Source: Candidatus Thorarchaeota archaeon
Lineage (GTDB): Archaea > Asgardarchaeota > Lokiarchaeia > Sigyniarchaeales > SOKP01
DNA length: 59,501 nt
Direction: 5' to 3'
NCBI GenBank assembly: GCA_048883045.1
Contig: JBHLRA010000003.1
Coordinates: forward strand, 1-59,501
A model generated the notes under the pieces. That model saw only the letters and a program-made list of their open reading frames with translations. It searched no databases and was not told the origin of the DNA. Positions 42,314 through 51,464 of this stretch are shown here, in pieces. Positions within the stretch are counted from its first letter, which is position 1, and every line of letters begins with the position of its first letter. The position numbers were made by a program, and so were the translations under genes.

Positions 42314-44744
42314 TATCAGCTCCTATTGACCAACCTGGCCCTGTAGTGGTTGTCGTGGTTGAGGTTGAAGTGCAAGATGTTGTTGTCGATGCCGTTTCTT
42401 CTGGAGAAGATGCCGTGGAACTGCAACTAGAACTACAAGTTGAGGTTTGGGTTGACGTGGAAGTTGTTGAAATTGTTGATAATGTAGACTCTGATGATTC
42501 TGTGGAGCTACAAGTTGATGTCTGGCTGGAAATCGTTGATTGACTTGACTCTGTAGATGCACTGCTAAAACTACTTGAGCAACTTGTACTTTCAGTCGTT
42601 GAAGTTTCAGTTGTCTGTGTAGTTTGAGTACTTGTACAAGATGTGGTATGTGTTGTTGATTCGGTACTATATGTTGATTCCGTTGATTCAGAAGTTTCAG
42701 ATGTTACACTGGTGCAACTCGACGAGCTGGTCGAGGTATGGGAAGTTTTTGTCGTTTCCGTAGAGGTACAGGTTGAGGTCTGGGTTGTCTGGCTACTGGT
42801 AGAGCTGGTACATGTGGTGGAATGGGTAGTAGGTTCTTGATATTCAGTTACAGATGATGTGCTACAACTGCTTGAAGTACAAGAGGTTTCAGTTGATTCG
42901 CTGGAAATTGTTGATTCCGTTGATGTTTCTGACGTGCTACAAGATGTAGTAGAAGTATGTGTTGAGGTACAAGATGTAGTATATGAGCTACAAGTACTTG
43001 TTTTTGTTGAAGTAGATGTAGATTCAGTACTTGAACTCGACGAAATTGTCGAAGTTGAAGATTGTGTACTTGCTGTAGATTCAGTCTGGCCAGTAGTGCT
43101 GCAAGTGCTTGATTCTGTTGATGTTGATGTAGAAATAGTGGATTCTGAACTCTGGGAACTTGTTGAAGTTTGAGTTGTCTGAGTAGAAGTACAAGATGTT
43201 GTGGATGTGCAAGTAGATGAACCACTAGATATGGTAGTTTCCGTCGTTTCCGTTGATGTGCTTGAGGTTTGGGTGCTTGAAGTCTGTGTGGTGGAAGTTT
43301 CCGTAGTTCCTGATGTCTGGCTGGAACTGCTTGAGCTAAACGTAGTTTCAGACGTAACACTGGAAACTGTTGATGTACTTGAAGTTTGAGACGTTTGTGA
43401 ACTTTGGGATGTAGAACTTTGTGTGGTGGAAGTTTCTGTTGTCTGAGAGGTTTCGGTCGAGGTGGAAGATGTTTCTGTGGTTCCTGTAGAAATTGTTGAT
43501 CCTGTTGAACTTTGAGTCGATACACTAGATATTGTGGTTTCTGTACTGGTAGAGCTACAAGATGTGGTGTGGCTGGAAATACTTGATGTAGAAGAAGTTT
43601 GGGTAGTTTCCGTGGAACTGCTTGAGCTGAGCGTGGTTACAGAAGTTGAGCTACAAGTGCTTGAAATTGTTGACTCTGTAGATGTGCTACAAGATGTAGT
43701 GGTTTCTGTTGAGCTGGTACTAGATATTGTGGATTGACTTGAAACTGTTGATTCTGTTGATGTACAGCTTGAAGTACTTGTCCCACTTAAAGTTTGAGTT
43801 GATGAACTACAAGTAGTTGAAATTGTTGATTTTGTTGAACTTGTAGTAGATTGGCTTGAAACAGTTGATTGACTTGTAGTTTCAGATGTGGTGCAAGATG
43901 TAGAAGTACAAGTTGTTGATTCTGTTGAAATTGTAGATTCTGTCGTTTGTGTAGTTGTAGAAGTTTGAGTCGTAGTAGAAGTTGTCGTCGTGGCATTATA
44001 TTCTAATACCTCAACCATATAAAAATCTGCATTATCATGGACTACAACTTGCTGTATCTCATAAGTTGCTCCATGAGTTATTATTCTATCACGTTTCTTA
44101 GGGTCACGGCTTAGACTTGCAATATCAGATTTTAGTAATTCTATTCCAATTAATTCTGTAACAGCAAAATTGCCACCATAACCAGGCTGGTTTGTTGATT
44201 CCTTTATATAATCAATTCCAGTTAAAGTTATATTCGCCTCACCAGTAATTGGAACATAAATTGCTGTATCACCAAATTCAAATAAATCCAAAGCCGCAGA
44301 ATGAATTATATCATCTAATGTTTGTTCAAGTGTTGGATTTGAAGCTGTTCCAGATATCATTACAGCCACAGTATAAAAATCATTATCACTTGCAATTATT
44401 TGTTTTATTGTATATATGGTTTCGTCGGTTTGAATCTGGTCAAATTCTACTGGATCGCGGCCAAGACTAGAAATATCTGATTTCAAGAATTCGATAGAAA
44501 TATATTGTGCTACTGTATAATTTGAGCTGTAACCTGGTTGTTCAGTTAAATTATCAGTAATATCAATACCCGTTAATAAGATTGATGAACCGCCGCCATA
44601 AGGTACATAGACGGCGGCATCACCAAAATTAAAAAGCTGGCTGGCGGATGCAGTTATACTACTGCTTATCGTCATGAATAATACGCCCAAGATGATCACG
44701 GATAGTATTACCCGTGTTATCAAGGATTTTTCTTTTATCCGCAT
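42306..44744 (-). CDS. Signal-peptide protein with duplicated N-terminal domain and about 550-aa Ser/Thr/Cys tract
   Basis: 812 aa. N-terminal hydrophobic segment. Two ~95-aa repeats (FGDAAVYVP... / FGDTAIYVP...). The tract is aa 251..801 (42342..43994). Confidence 0.7.
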   Translation of the reverse strand: MRIKEKSLITRVILSVIILGVLFMTISSSITASASQLFNFGDAAVYVPYGGGSSILLTGIDITDNLTEQPGYSSNYTVAQYISIEFLKSDISSLGRDPVEFDQIQTDETIYTIKQIIASDNDFYTVAVMISGTASNPTLEQTLDDIIHSAALDLFEFGDTAIYVPITGEANITLTGIDYIKESTNQPGYGGNFAVTELIGIELLKSDIASLSRDPKKRDRIITHGATYEIQQVVVHDNADFYMVEVLEYNATTTTSTTTQTSTTTQTTESTISTESTTCTSTSCTTSETTSQSTVSSQSTTSSTKSTISTTCSSSTQTLSGTSTSSCTSTESTVSSQSTISSTSSTETTTSCSTSTESTISSTCSSTSVTTLSSSSSTETTQTSSTSSISSHTTSCSSTSTETTISSVSTQSSTGSTISTGTTETSSTSTETSQTTETSTTQSSTSQSSQTSQTSSTSTVSSVTSETTFSSSSSSQTSGTTETSTTQTSSTQTSSTSTETTETTISSGSSTCTSTTSCTSTQTTQTSTSSQSSESTISTSTSTESSTCSTTGQTESTASTQSSTSTISSSSSTESTSTSTKTSTCSSYTTSCTSTHTSTTSCSTSETSTESTISSESTETSCTSSSCSTSSVTEYQEPTTHSTTCTSSTSSQTTQTSTCTSTETTKTSHTSTSSSSCTSVTSETSESTESTYSTESTTHTTSCTSTQTTQTTETSTTESTSCSSSFSSASTESSQSTISSQTSTCSSTESSESTLSTISTTSTSTQTSTCSSSCSSTASSPEETASTTTSCTSTSTTTTTTGPGWSIGADNG

Positions 44745-44816
44745 CTTCCATCCATGGAGGGACTAAATAAATAGGCTCCAATATAATTTCTCTCTGGGGG
44801 ATAATCGTTTCTACCG

Positions 44817-45149
44817 TCATTTATTATCCCCCGAAGCTATATAAAGAGAATAAGTTTTTGCTGCATCATAACCAGTAGGTGTAAATTTTACTCCATCAAG
44901 TAAAGCATTTATCTGTAATGTATAAGGACCGTTGATTAGATCAATTGTGCTTGCCATGTCTTCATATGTATCAGATCCAGGTGTTTTAATTGATACTGTC
45001 ATAGTTCCGGCAATTACAGGTGTAGCAGATGGTACAAATTGAATTTGATGAAATAAAGCACCATTGGCATCGGTTAGGCTGACGGTTTGTGCGCCGTCAG
45101 CCTGTGACTTATCCTCAACTGAATTTTTAATAGTTCCGATATATGGCAT
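44817..45149 (-). CDS. Hypothetical head-module protein
   Basis: 110-aa ORF directly after the capsid gene. GGAGG SD. Confidence 0.5.
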   Translation of the reverse strand: MPYIGTIKNSVEDKSQADGAQTVSLTDANGALFHQIQFVPSATPVIAGTMTVSIKTPGSDTYEDMASTIDLINGPYTLQINALLDGVKFTPTGYDAAKTYSLYIASGDNK

Positions 45150-45167
45150 AAGGTTAAACCTCCAATC

Positions 45168-46184
45168 TTAGGTGGATGAATAAACCCTTACACATAATTC
45201 GGGACGGGATACAACCGGCAAAGGATTAGATTGAGTGTGGATATCTATACCTCGGTTAAAATCTCTTGCTTGTTGTTTAGCATAATAAGGCAAACCAAGT
45301 GTATTTACAGTTTCCATAAAATCAGCCGGGGCATAATAACAATTAAAGGTATTGGTTGTACCTTCAGGGAAAGCTATACAATCTTTTGAAGATAAGAATT
45401 TGCGGACTGTTCCATCTTTATCAAAGGTGGTTCCTTCATATTCTTCAAAAGTTAAACCACAGAAATAAAAACCTTTGCGGTCATCTTGGCGTAAAAATGT
45501 TCCTGCTTCCCAACGTTCATAAGCTTCAATAACTTTGGCATGGTTTGTTAAAGAATCCATGAAATCCTTGTCACAAAGAACACGAACTCCGGTCATACGT
45601 TCACCCTGTAAATGAGTTTCTATATGACGTAAGACTTCCTTACATTTGGCTTTGATGTTGGTTGTAGATGTTCCCAAAACAAAATCAACTTCTTTTTTGT
45701 TCTGAAGGAACTCTTTATGAAAGTTATAAATTACTGTACTAGCATCTGAATCATAAACAATACCTTTCAAAGCCCCCATCATGAGCCATTCAAGAGTTTG
45801 GTCATGTTTATTTTTCAGGGTTTGTAAATGATCATTCATTATACTAGCTAGAGTTTCATTAACATTTTCTTGACCAAATGCCCGAATACCATCATATTCT
45901 GAAGCTAAGATTGTATCATCAAGAGGAAAATGGGGGATAACAAGAGATTGCGTTCTGCGGGTTCCTTTAGTATTTTTCAATCCAGGCGAACCAACCGGCA
46001 TATTATCAAGAATATTGATAACTCCATCTTTATGGTCAATTAAGACAGTACGTGTCGAAACGCTCTTAGTCCTAAATAATCCCATTTGCATCACTCGACC
46101 ATAAAGATTAGGGAGTTTATTGATTGCTTGAACCATGCTAACTAAGTTAAAAGCATCGGTTCCAAACGGATTTAACATTGGCAT
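45168..46184 (-). CDS. Major capsid protein, lambda gpE family
   Basis: 338 aa. The N-terminus FGTDAFNLVSMVQAINKLPNLYGRVMQMGLF is typical of the gpE family. Synteny with protease, decoration and portal genes. Confidence 0.85.
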   Translation of the reverse strand: MPMLNPFGTDAFNLVSMVQAINKLPNLYGRVMQMGLFRTKSVSTRTVLIDHKDGVINILDNMPVGSPGLKNTKGTRRTQSLVIPHFPLDDTILASEYDGIRAFGQENVNETLASIMNDHLQTLKNKHDQTLEWLMMGALKGIVYDSDASTVIYNFHKEFLQNKKEVDFVLGTSTTNIKAKCKEVLRHIETHLQGERMTGVRVLCDKDFMDSLTNHAKVIEAYERWEAGTFLRQDDRKGFYFCGLTFEEYEGTTFDKDGTVRKFLSSKDCIAFPEGTTNTFNCYYAPADFMETVNTLGLPYYAKQQARDFNRGIDIHTQSNPLPVVSRPELCVRVYSST

Positions 46185-46231
46185 AATTAATTTTACCTCA
46201 CTAAATAAAGGTTACTATCAAAGTTTTAGAA

Positions 46232-47170
46232 TTAACCAGAAGTCCTTGTTACAATTCCTTTGTCTGCAAGCTGATTCAAAGCTGCTGTTTTTTGAGCTGC
46301 TGTGGCCCCTGACGGCCATTCGAGATAATCCGAAACTATCTCTGCATCTCTTACAATTGCTACTCCAGGTTGATCCGTGGCAGCAGTGGCCGTCATTGCA
46401 CCCGCAATTGTTGCTACATTAGTATTACCACCAACATTGAGATTTTCGGCAACAAATGTCCCATTATGAGTATCAACAGTTAAAGTTCCCGCTGCATCAC
46501 CTCCAGCCCAAGAACCAGATGATAAAGAAACAGCCACAACACGGGCAGTTGCAGCAGAGGTTGCACCTACAACAGTATCATTGGGGATAATCTCATAAGT
46601 TCCACCAGATGTGAAGGTTCGGGTATACTCACCTGAAGCTGAAGCATCAACGGCATCATATAAGATTCCGTAAGCTATTGCTGAACCATCTACACCTGAA
46701 AAATTAATAGCACGGACCTGGCCACCACCGGCAGGAACAGCAATTGTAAAGGTATCACCATAAACAAAATCAGTTCCCGCATCAGTCAATGTGAAATTAA
46801 TTTCATCACTCGTAAAAACACCTGTTTGACCTGCACCAGGATCAATAGCACAAATTCCAATGGTTTCACTATTGGGATTGACTACTGAAAAAACACCGCC
46901 ATTAGCTACTGCTTGAATACAAGTTAGGGTATAAGTTCCTACTATTACATTGACTCCACCAGTAACAGCAGTACAGGTTCCATTTCCTGTATTAGTTCCG
47001 CCGGCGGTTCCGGTAGTGGGTACGGTTCCAGCAGTTATTTTACCCAGAACTGCAGCAACACCTAAATCCTGAGCTGCTAGCACAGTTACTTCTTCACGGG
47101 AATGTAATACATCACTTTCCCATTTTAGGGTTCTTTGAATATCATAAGATTGTGTTGTATCAGTTGGCAT
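46232..47170 (-). CDS. Head decoration-like protein with large insertion
   Basis: 312 aa. gpD-family-like ends (EEVTVLAAQDLGVAAVLGKITAG ... AIVRDAEIV). Insertion includes the SGSWAG module (aa ~195..250). Confidence 0.5.
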   Translation of the reverse strand: MPTDTTQSYDIQRTLKWESDVLHSREEVTVLAAQDLGVAAVLGKITAGTVPTTGTAGGTNTGNGTCTAVTGGVNVIVGTYTLTCIQAVANGGVFSVVNPNSETIGICAIDPGAGQTGVFTSDEINFTLTDAGTDFVYGDTFTIAVPAGGGQVRAINFSGVDGSAIAYGILYDAVDASASGEYTRTFTSGGTYEIIPNDTVVGATSAATARVVAVSLSSGSWAGGDAAGTLTVDTHNGTFVAENLNVGGNTNVATIAGAMTATAATDQPGVAIVRDAEIVSDYLEWPSGATAAQKTAALNQLADKGIVTRTSG

Positions 47171-47502
47171 TAATTATCCTCCTTATTTACGCAATCACAT
47201 GAATTGTATTCATGTTTTCTGTTTTCTGCATTTTGAATTAAAGGGTTATCTATTTCAGCGTTATTACCTCCACTAGCAGCTTCAAAAGATCCATTATGAG
47301 AGGAGCAATGCGATCGGGCGGCTGAAGCTGTCCAGATTCGTTTTGGATAACGGTATGCTTGAATTTCTGACTTGCCAGATTTTATGCCATAAATAACATC
47401 CAGGCATTTTCCCCCGGATTTCATATCACAATTTTTACGTCTCATTGTATCATATTTATCCGGAGAATTTAATCGGCAAGCATGTTCATTTGGATATGGC
47501 AT
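47170..47502 (-). CDS. Hypothetical head-module protein (EHACRL motif)
   Basis: 110-aa ORF between the protease and decoration genes. Confidence 0.5.
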   Translation of the reverse strand: MPYPNEHACRLNSPDKYDTMRRKNCDMKSGGKCLDVIYGIKSGKSEIQAYRYPKRIWTASAARSHCSSHNGSFEAASGGNNAEIDNPLIQNAENRKHEYNSCDCVNKEDN

Positions 47503-47505
47503 AAT

Positions 47506-48723
47506 TTAGCGTCCTATATGTTCTTGTGCCCGTTTCTCAGCATCTTTGATAAGTATATTATCATTTATTGAAGTTGAATCATTATTAGGATTAGATGATA
47601 TAGATTCGATTTTAGATTCCAATGTCTTAGCTTGCATTATCAATGCTGCGGCCTGATCAGGAGTATTACCATTTTTTATTAGGTCAAATGCAAGATCAAT
47701 TTTCTGGCTGATAATACATTTATCTAAAATAGATAATATACGATCTACTTCAACTATTTGCCCGTTTTTTGTGGCTTCTGCAATCATTGCTGGAATTGCA
47801 TCTTCCATTTCTTTGGTATCTTTTTTATAGATATCAAATTCGGTCTGTAATTTAATTAGATCTGTTTTTGTTTTGTCTAGTTCTGCTTGTAAATCCATAT
47901 TATTGCCTCCATAAGTATTAATTACATTATCAAAAGTTGTCACTTTATCGGCAAGACCAAGTTCTACAGCTTTTTGGCCTTCATAAACTTGGGCCTCGGT
48001 ATTGTATATTGATTCTGGAGCAAGTCCACGATTCCTGGCTACTGTTTGCACAAATAAGTTATATGTATCATTGACACGGCTTTGTATAGACGATTTAGCT
48101 TGATCAGATAAAGGTTTATAAGGTGAACCATCATCTTTATATTTTCCAGCTTTGATTGCTGTATATTTTATGCCGTCATTTTCAAGTTTTTTGGAGATGT
48201 CAGCGTGAAGAGCAATGACACCAATTGAACCAACACCGGCTGTACGAGTTACATAGATTTTATCTGCGGCTGAAGCTATAGCATAAGCTGCAGAGTAAGC
48301 AGATTCATTTGATATAGCTATAATGGGTTTTGTACCGCGGGATGCATAGATATGATCTACTAAGTCAAAACATCCGTTAACCTGGCCGCCATTGCTATTG
48401 ATATTTAATAAAATTGTATGTATAGATGGATTATTTAAAGCTTGATCAAAATTAGCTTGAATTGATTGATAACTCATAAGGCCAGATTGAGAATTTACTC
48501 CTGTCATTGGAGCATGTGTCAATGTTCCATTTATAGGAATTATTGCTAGTCCAGATTCAGAATAAGGATTCTGTATATTATTACTGTTTTCTAATATGCT
48601 AATATTATTATTTTCTAAACCTATTCGTGGCCCAATAGCTTCTAAAATTTCATATAATTTTTCTTCAGTAATTATTAATGGCTGATTATATATTAAAGAA
48701 GCTATATGTGGTAATTTACCCAT
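47506..48723 (-). CDS. S49 (SppA/ClpP-fold) prohead protease with C-terminal scaffold-like region (lambda gpC analogue)
   Basis: 405 aa. INSNGGQVNG...KPIIAISNESAYSAAYAIASAADKIYVTRTAGVGSIGV. The C-terminal part is helical. Confidence 0.85.
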   Translation of the reverse strand: MGKLPHIASLIYNQPLIITEEKLYEILEAIGPRIGLENNNISILENSNNIQNPYSESGLAIIPINGTLTHAPMTGVNSQSGLMSYQSIQANFDQALNNPSIHTILLNINSNGGQVNGCFDLVDHIYASRGTKPIIAISNESAYSAAYAIASAADKIYVTRTAGVGSIGVIALHADISKKLENDGIKYTAIKAGKYKDDGSPYKPLSDQAKSSIQSRVNDTYNLFVQTVARNRGLAPESIYNTEAQVYEGQKAVELGLADKVTTFDNVINTYGGNNMDLQAELDKTKTDLIKLQTEFDIYKKDTKEMEDAIPAMIAEATKNGQIVEVDRILSILDKCIISQKIDLAFDLIKNGNTPDQAAALIMQAKTLESKIESISSNPNNDSTSINDNILIKDAEKRAQEHIGR

Positions 48724-48725
48724 AT

Positions 48726-50207
48726 CTAAAAACCTCCAGTTGATTTGCTGTGCTGTGTTCCTGTTTGATTTACTTTGCGACCGTCCGAATCAAGTTGTAA
48801 TCCAAGTTCATCTGCCAAGGAATTATCTTTTGCTATTTCCTTCATTACATCTCGTGAATTCTTACCCCGCTCACCTAATGATTCATCAAGAGATTTACGG
48901 CCTGATCTTATAGCTAAGATTTCAGCTTTTTCCGATTTAAGCGGGTCAACCCATTCCCAACCATCAATGTCCCATTTCATTTTTGAGATAAAAGATTTGC
49001 GACGATCAAGATAATTTTGTATTTTAATTATGCTGGATACATAAGCTATATCAAGCCATTCTTGAGCTATTGGACGGCACATTTGCTGGATAATTATGTG
49101 GTTTTGGAACATTCTGAATAAACGGCGGACTTCTATATAACCAGCTCGGATAGACGAATAATTAACTTTAGATAAATCTCCAGTAAGTTGCTCACGTGTT
49201 ATTCCCATACCTTTGGCTATTGAACACAGATTCCGATCGATAAAAGCTTCATAATTACCACCAACATCTGCAGGTAATGAAACATTCATTTTCTCACCAG
49301 CATTAAGATATGTCATTAATCCTGGTTCTATATATTGCACATCTTCGGTTTCGCCATCTGAATTTGTAGCTTCTATTGTCTCACCACCAAGGCCTACGTC
49401 TGGATCTCCATCGGGAGTTTCTACAAAATAAGCAACCATAGCTGCCATTTTCTTACGTGTTAATTCTGCATCTTCATATTCATCAAATTGATGCATTCTA
49501 GCTATAATAGGTGATAAGGTAGGATAACCGCGGATCTGCCCTGGACGTCGTATACGATATATATGTAAGATTTTATTTGCTGGAATACGAATAGTTGTTG
49601 TATCTGAAAATATATAAGTCTCGCCTGGATGATTTTTATATAAATGATAAGCTACACGCCTATTTGATCTATTAAATTCTATTCCTAATTTTAATGTATT
49701 TCCATTGGGGAGAATATAGCTACTTAAATCGTTTAAATGATCACATTCTAAAAGTTTTATTTGGAATGGAACTGTTAATCCAGATTTAAGAGTACGATAA
49801 ATATATTGGACAAGAATTTCACCGGATATACTTATTGTGTCTGTTGCTAAAGCTTGTAGACCATAGAAATCTAATTGCTCATTTGCATCTATCTCTAGAG
49901 CGGATTGGTCCCATAGTTCTTTTATTGTATCTGAGATGTCATCTATATTCCAACGAGGAGTTATACCACGACCAATTATATTTGCTGTTTTTGTATCTAT
50001 GCCACCTGATATTTCTGGGTTGTTACGGTGGAGATCACGGGTACGATTTACAAGATTTGTACGTGATCCGGATAAAGCTGTATTGATACCTGAAGATGAT
50101 AAGCCCCAGGTTCTAAGGCGTCGAGTTTGGCTTGCTCCTTCATAGTCTGTTGACATAGAAGTGTTGATGTTCATTTTTTTAACTAACCAAGATAGTAATC
50201 TGTTCAT
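48726..50207 (-). CDS. Portal protein, lambda family
   Basis: 493 aa. Position between gpW and the S49 protease. Lambda-portal-like sequence character. Confidence 0.8.
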   Translation of the reverse strand: MNRLLSWLVKKMNINTSMSTDYEGASQTRRLRTWGLSSSGINTALSGSRTNLVNRTRDLHRNNPEISGGIDTKTANIIGRGITPRWNIDDISDTIKELWDQSALEIDANEQLDFYGLQALATDTISISGEILVQYIYRTLKSGLTVPFQIKLLECDHLNDLSSYILPNGNTLKLGIEFNRSNRRVAYHLYKNHPGETYIFSDTTTIRIPANKILHIYRIRRPGQIRGYPTLSPIIARMHQFDEYEDAELTRKKMAAMVAYFVETPDGDPDVGLGGETIEATNSDGETEDVQYIEPGLMTYLNAGEKMNVSLPADVGGNYEAFIDRNLCSIAKGMGITREQLTGDLSKVNYSSIRAGYIEVRRLFRMFQNHIIIQQMCRPIAQEWLDIAYVSSIIKIQNYLDRRKSFISKMKWDIDGWEWVDPLKSEKAEILAIRSGRKSLDESLGERGKNSRDVMKEIAKDNSLADELGLQLDSDGRKVNQTGTQHSKSTGGF

Positions 50208-50432
50208 TTAATAACCTTTGCCAGTTGCAACATAACGATGTCTTGCATTTCCGGCGGTTAAATTTATATCACGTTTTATTAAAGCTCTAAGTTTTATTAA
50301 ATCATCAAGATTAGATTCTGAATATTGTATTGTTTTACCTGAAGAAAAACGTACTAAGACAACACGGGTGCCTGTACTAAGATCTGTTATTGCTGATTCT
50401 ACAGAAGTTAGATCTGAAGATGTAAAAGCCAT
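50208..50432 (-). CDS. Head-to-tail joining protein, lambda gpW-like
   Basis: 74 aa. Position immediately upstream of the portal. Pattern L..VE.AI..L..G..VV.V....G..I.Y. Confidence 0.6.
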   Translation of the reverse strand: MAFTSSDLTSVESAITDLSTGTRVVLVRFSSGKTIQYSESNLDDLIKLRALIKRDINLTAGNARHRYVATGKGY

Positions 50433-50498
50433 GATAACATCCTTTGAATGATATATGATTATATAAAAATTCTTTTCTATATATATAATACAATAATT

Positions 50499-50527
50499 TT
50501 TAGATTTTTACAATATTTTGGCATAAT
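50499..50527 (+). promoter_or_regulatory. Candidate sigma-70-type promoter for the plus-strand cassette
   Basis: TTTAGA, then 17 nt, then extended -10 TGgCATAAT. About 120 nt upstream of ATG 50648. Confidence 0.3.
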
Positions 50528-50647
50528 ATATGCATAGTAATTGGGATAGAAATTAAATTGTAATTAAATTGAAGAGAATTAAAAAAGTTGCCGATAATAT
50601 AAATAGAGCAGGAAATAAGATAACTTAACCGAAAGGGGAATAAGAAA

Positions 50648-50854
50648 ATGTACTTAGATAAACCTAATTATGAAGATTATAAAAATCACTGTCATATTTC
50701 TATTATTTTTGAAAGCAAAACCAGTTCTAAAAAATTAAGATTATTAACCAATCTAACTACCCTTCAATCACTTTTTGAAGTCACATATAACTTAACTTAT
50801 AGACAATTTAATATATTAAAAAATGCAATTGATTTTTATAATAAATTACCATAA
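50648..50854 (+). CDS. Hypothetical small protein (plus-strand cassette)
   Basis: 68-aa ORF. AAGGGG SD. Confidence 0.5.
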   Translation: MYLDKPNYEDYKNHCHISIIFESKTSSKKLRLLTNLTTLQSLFEVTYNLTYRQFNILKNAIDFYNKLP

Positions 50855-50867
50855 GGAGACAGACAAA

Positions 50868-50969
50868 ATGACAATCTCAACCAAATTATCAATAGATTTT
50901 AGAAATATTTATTATGGTAGTTGGGCAGGTATTTTAATTATTGGTATTATTTGTTTAGCTATTCTATAA
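50868..50969 (+). CDS. Hydrophobic micro-ORF (33 aa, plus-strand cassette)
   Basis: AAGGAG SD. MTISTKLSIDFRNIYYGSWAGILIIGIICLAIL. Confidence 0.4.
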   Translation: MTISTKLSIDFRNIYYGSWAGILIIGIICLAIL

Positions 50970-51000
50970 TAATAAATTTCTAAGAAAGGAGATAAATAAA

Positions 51001-51222
51001 ATGTCACATCAAATAAATTTAATAAAAGATTTAGCAGATATTAAATACGAAATAGTTCTAGCATCATCAAAAGAAGATGGTAAAAAATTGACAGCTATTT
51101 GCAGACCATTTTCTAAGACTTATACTTATCGTTTATATTATGAATGGGGAATTAGTAGCAAAAACCCATTTGATGAACATATAGATTTAAGAACAGCAGT
51201 AGCAGCATATAACAATATTTAA
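51001..51222 (+). CDS. Hypothetical small protein (plus-strand cassette)
   Basis: 73-aa ORF. AAGGAG SD. Confidence 0.5.
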   Translation: MSHQINLIKDLADIKYEIVLASSKEDGKKLTAICRPFSKTYTYRLYYEWGISSKNPFDEHIDLRTAVAAYNNI

Positions 51223-51238
51223 TTACAGGTAGCCAATA

Positions 51239-51331
51239 ATGTCAAATAAAACTGAAAGCTGGGAAGAATGTATTGCTTGGATTAATAAAATAATAGAAGA
51301 TTATAAAAAAACTAAAAAAGAAAGGGGGTGA
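51239..51331 (+). CDS. 30-codon ORF (plus-strand cassette)
   Basis: MSNKTESWEECIAWINKIIEDYKKTKKERG. Weak SD. Confidence 0.25.
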   Translation: MSNKTESWEECIAWINKIIEDYKKTKKERG

Positions 51332-51430
51332 TATTATGTATTAGTTTAACCCAAAATAAATGTTTGATCAGTCATAAACCAAAACTTTAACATCTAACAG
51401 TCAAATGAATCAGCATTATTATCTTTTTAA

Positions 51431-51464
51431 AGCGTATAATCAATTTCGATTATACGCTTTTTTT
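51431..51464 (+). terminator. Rho-independent terminator of the plus-strand cassette
   Basis: Perfect 11-bp stem AGCGTATAATC / GATTATACGCT with a 6-nt loop, followed by T7. Overlaps the convergent terminase stop codon. Confidence 0.7.

Noticed and set aside
42323-43996. Multiple plus-strand and alternative-frame minus ORFs (42346..42543, 42643..42840, 42859..43173, 43201..43389, 43534..43737, 42848..43525, 42323..42562, 43787..43996) within the 812-aa gene
   Set aside because: Same low-complexity shadow effect. The long frame with a recognisable N-terminal domain and SD is the real one.
29516-44744. Diversity-generating retroelement as the source of tract variability
   Set aside because: No reverse transcriptase, template repeat or adenine-specific mismatch pattern was found anywhere in the window.
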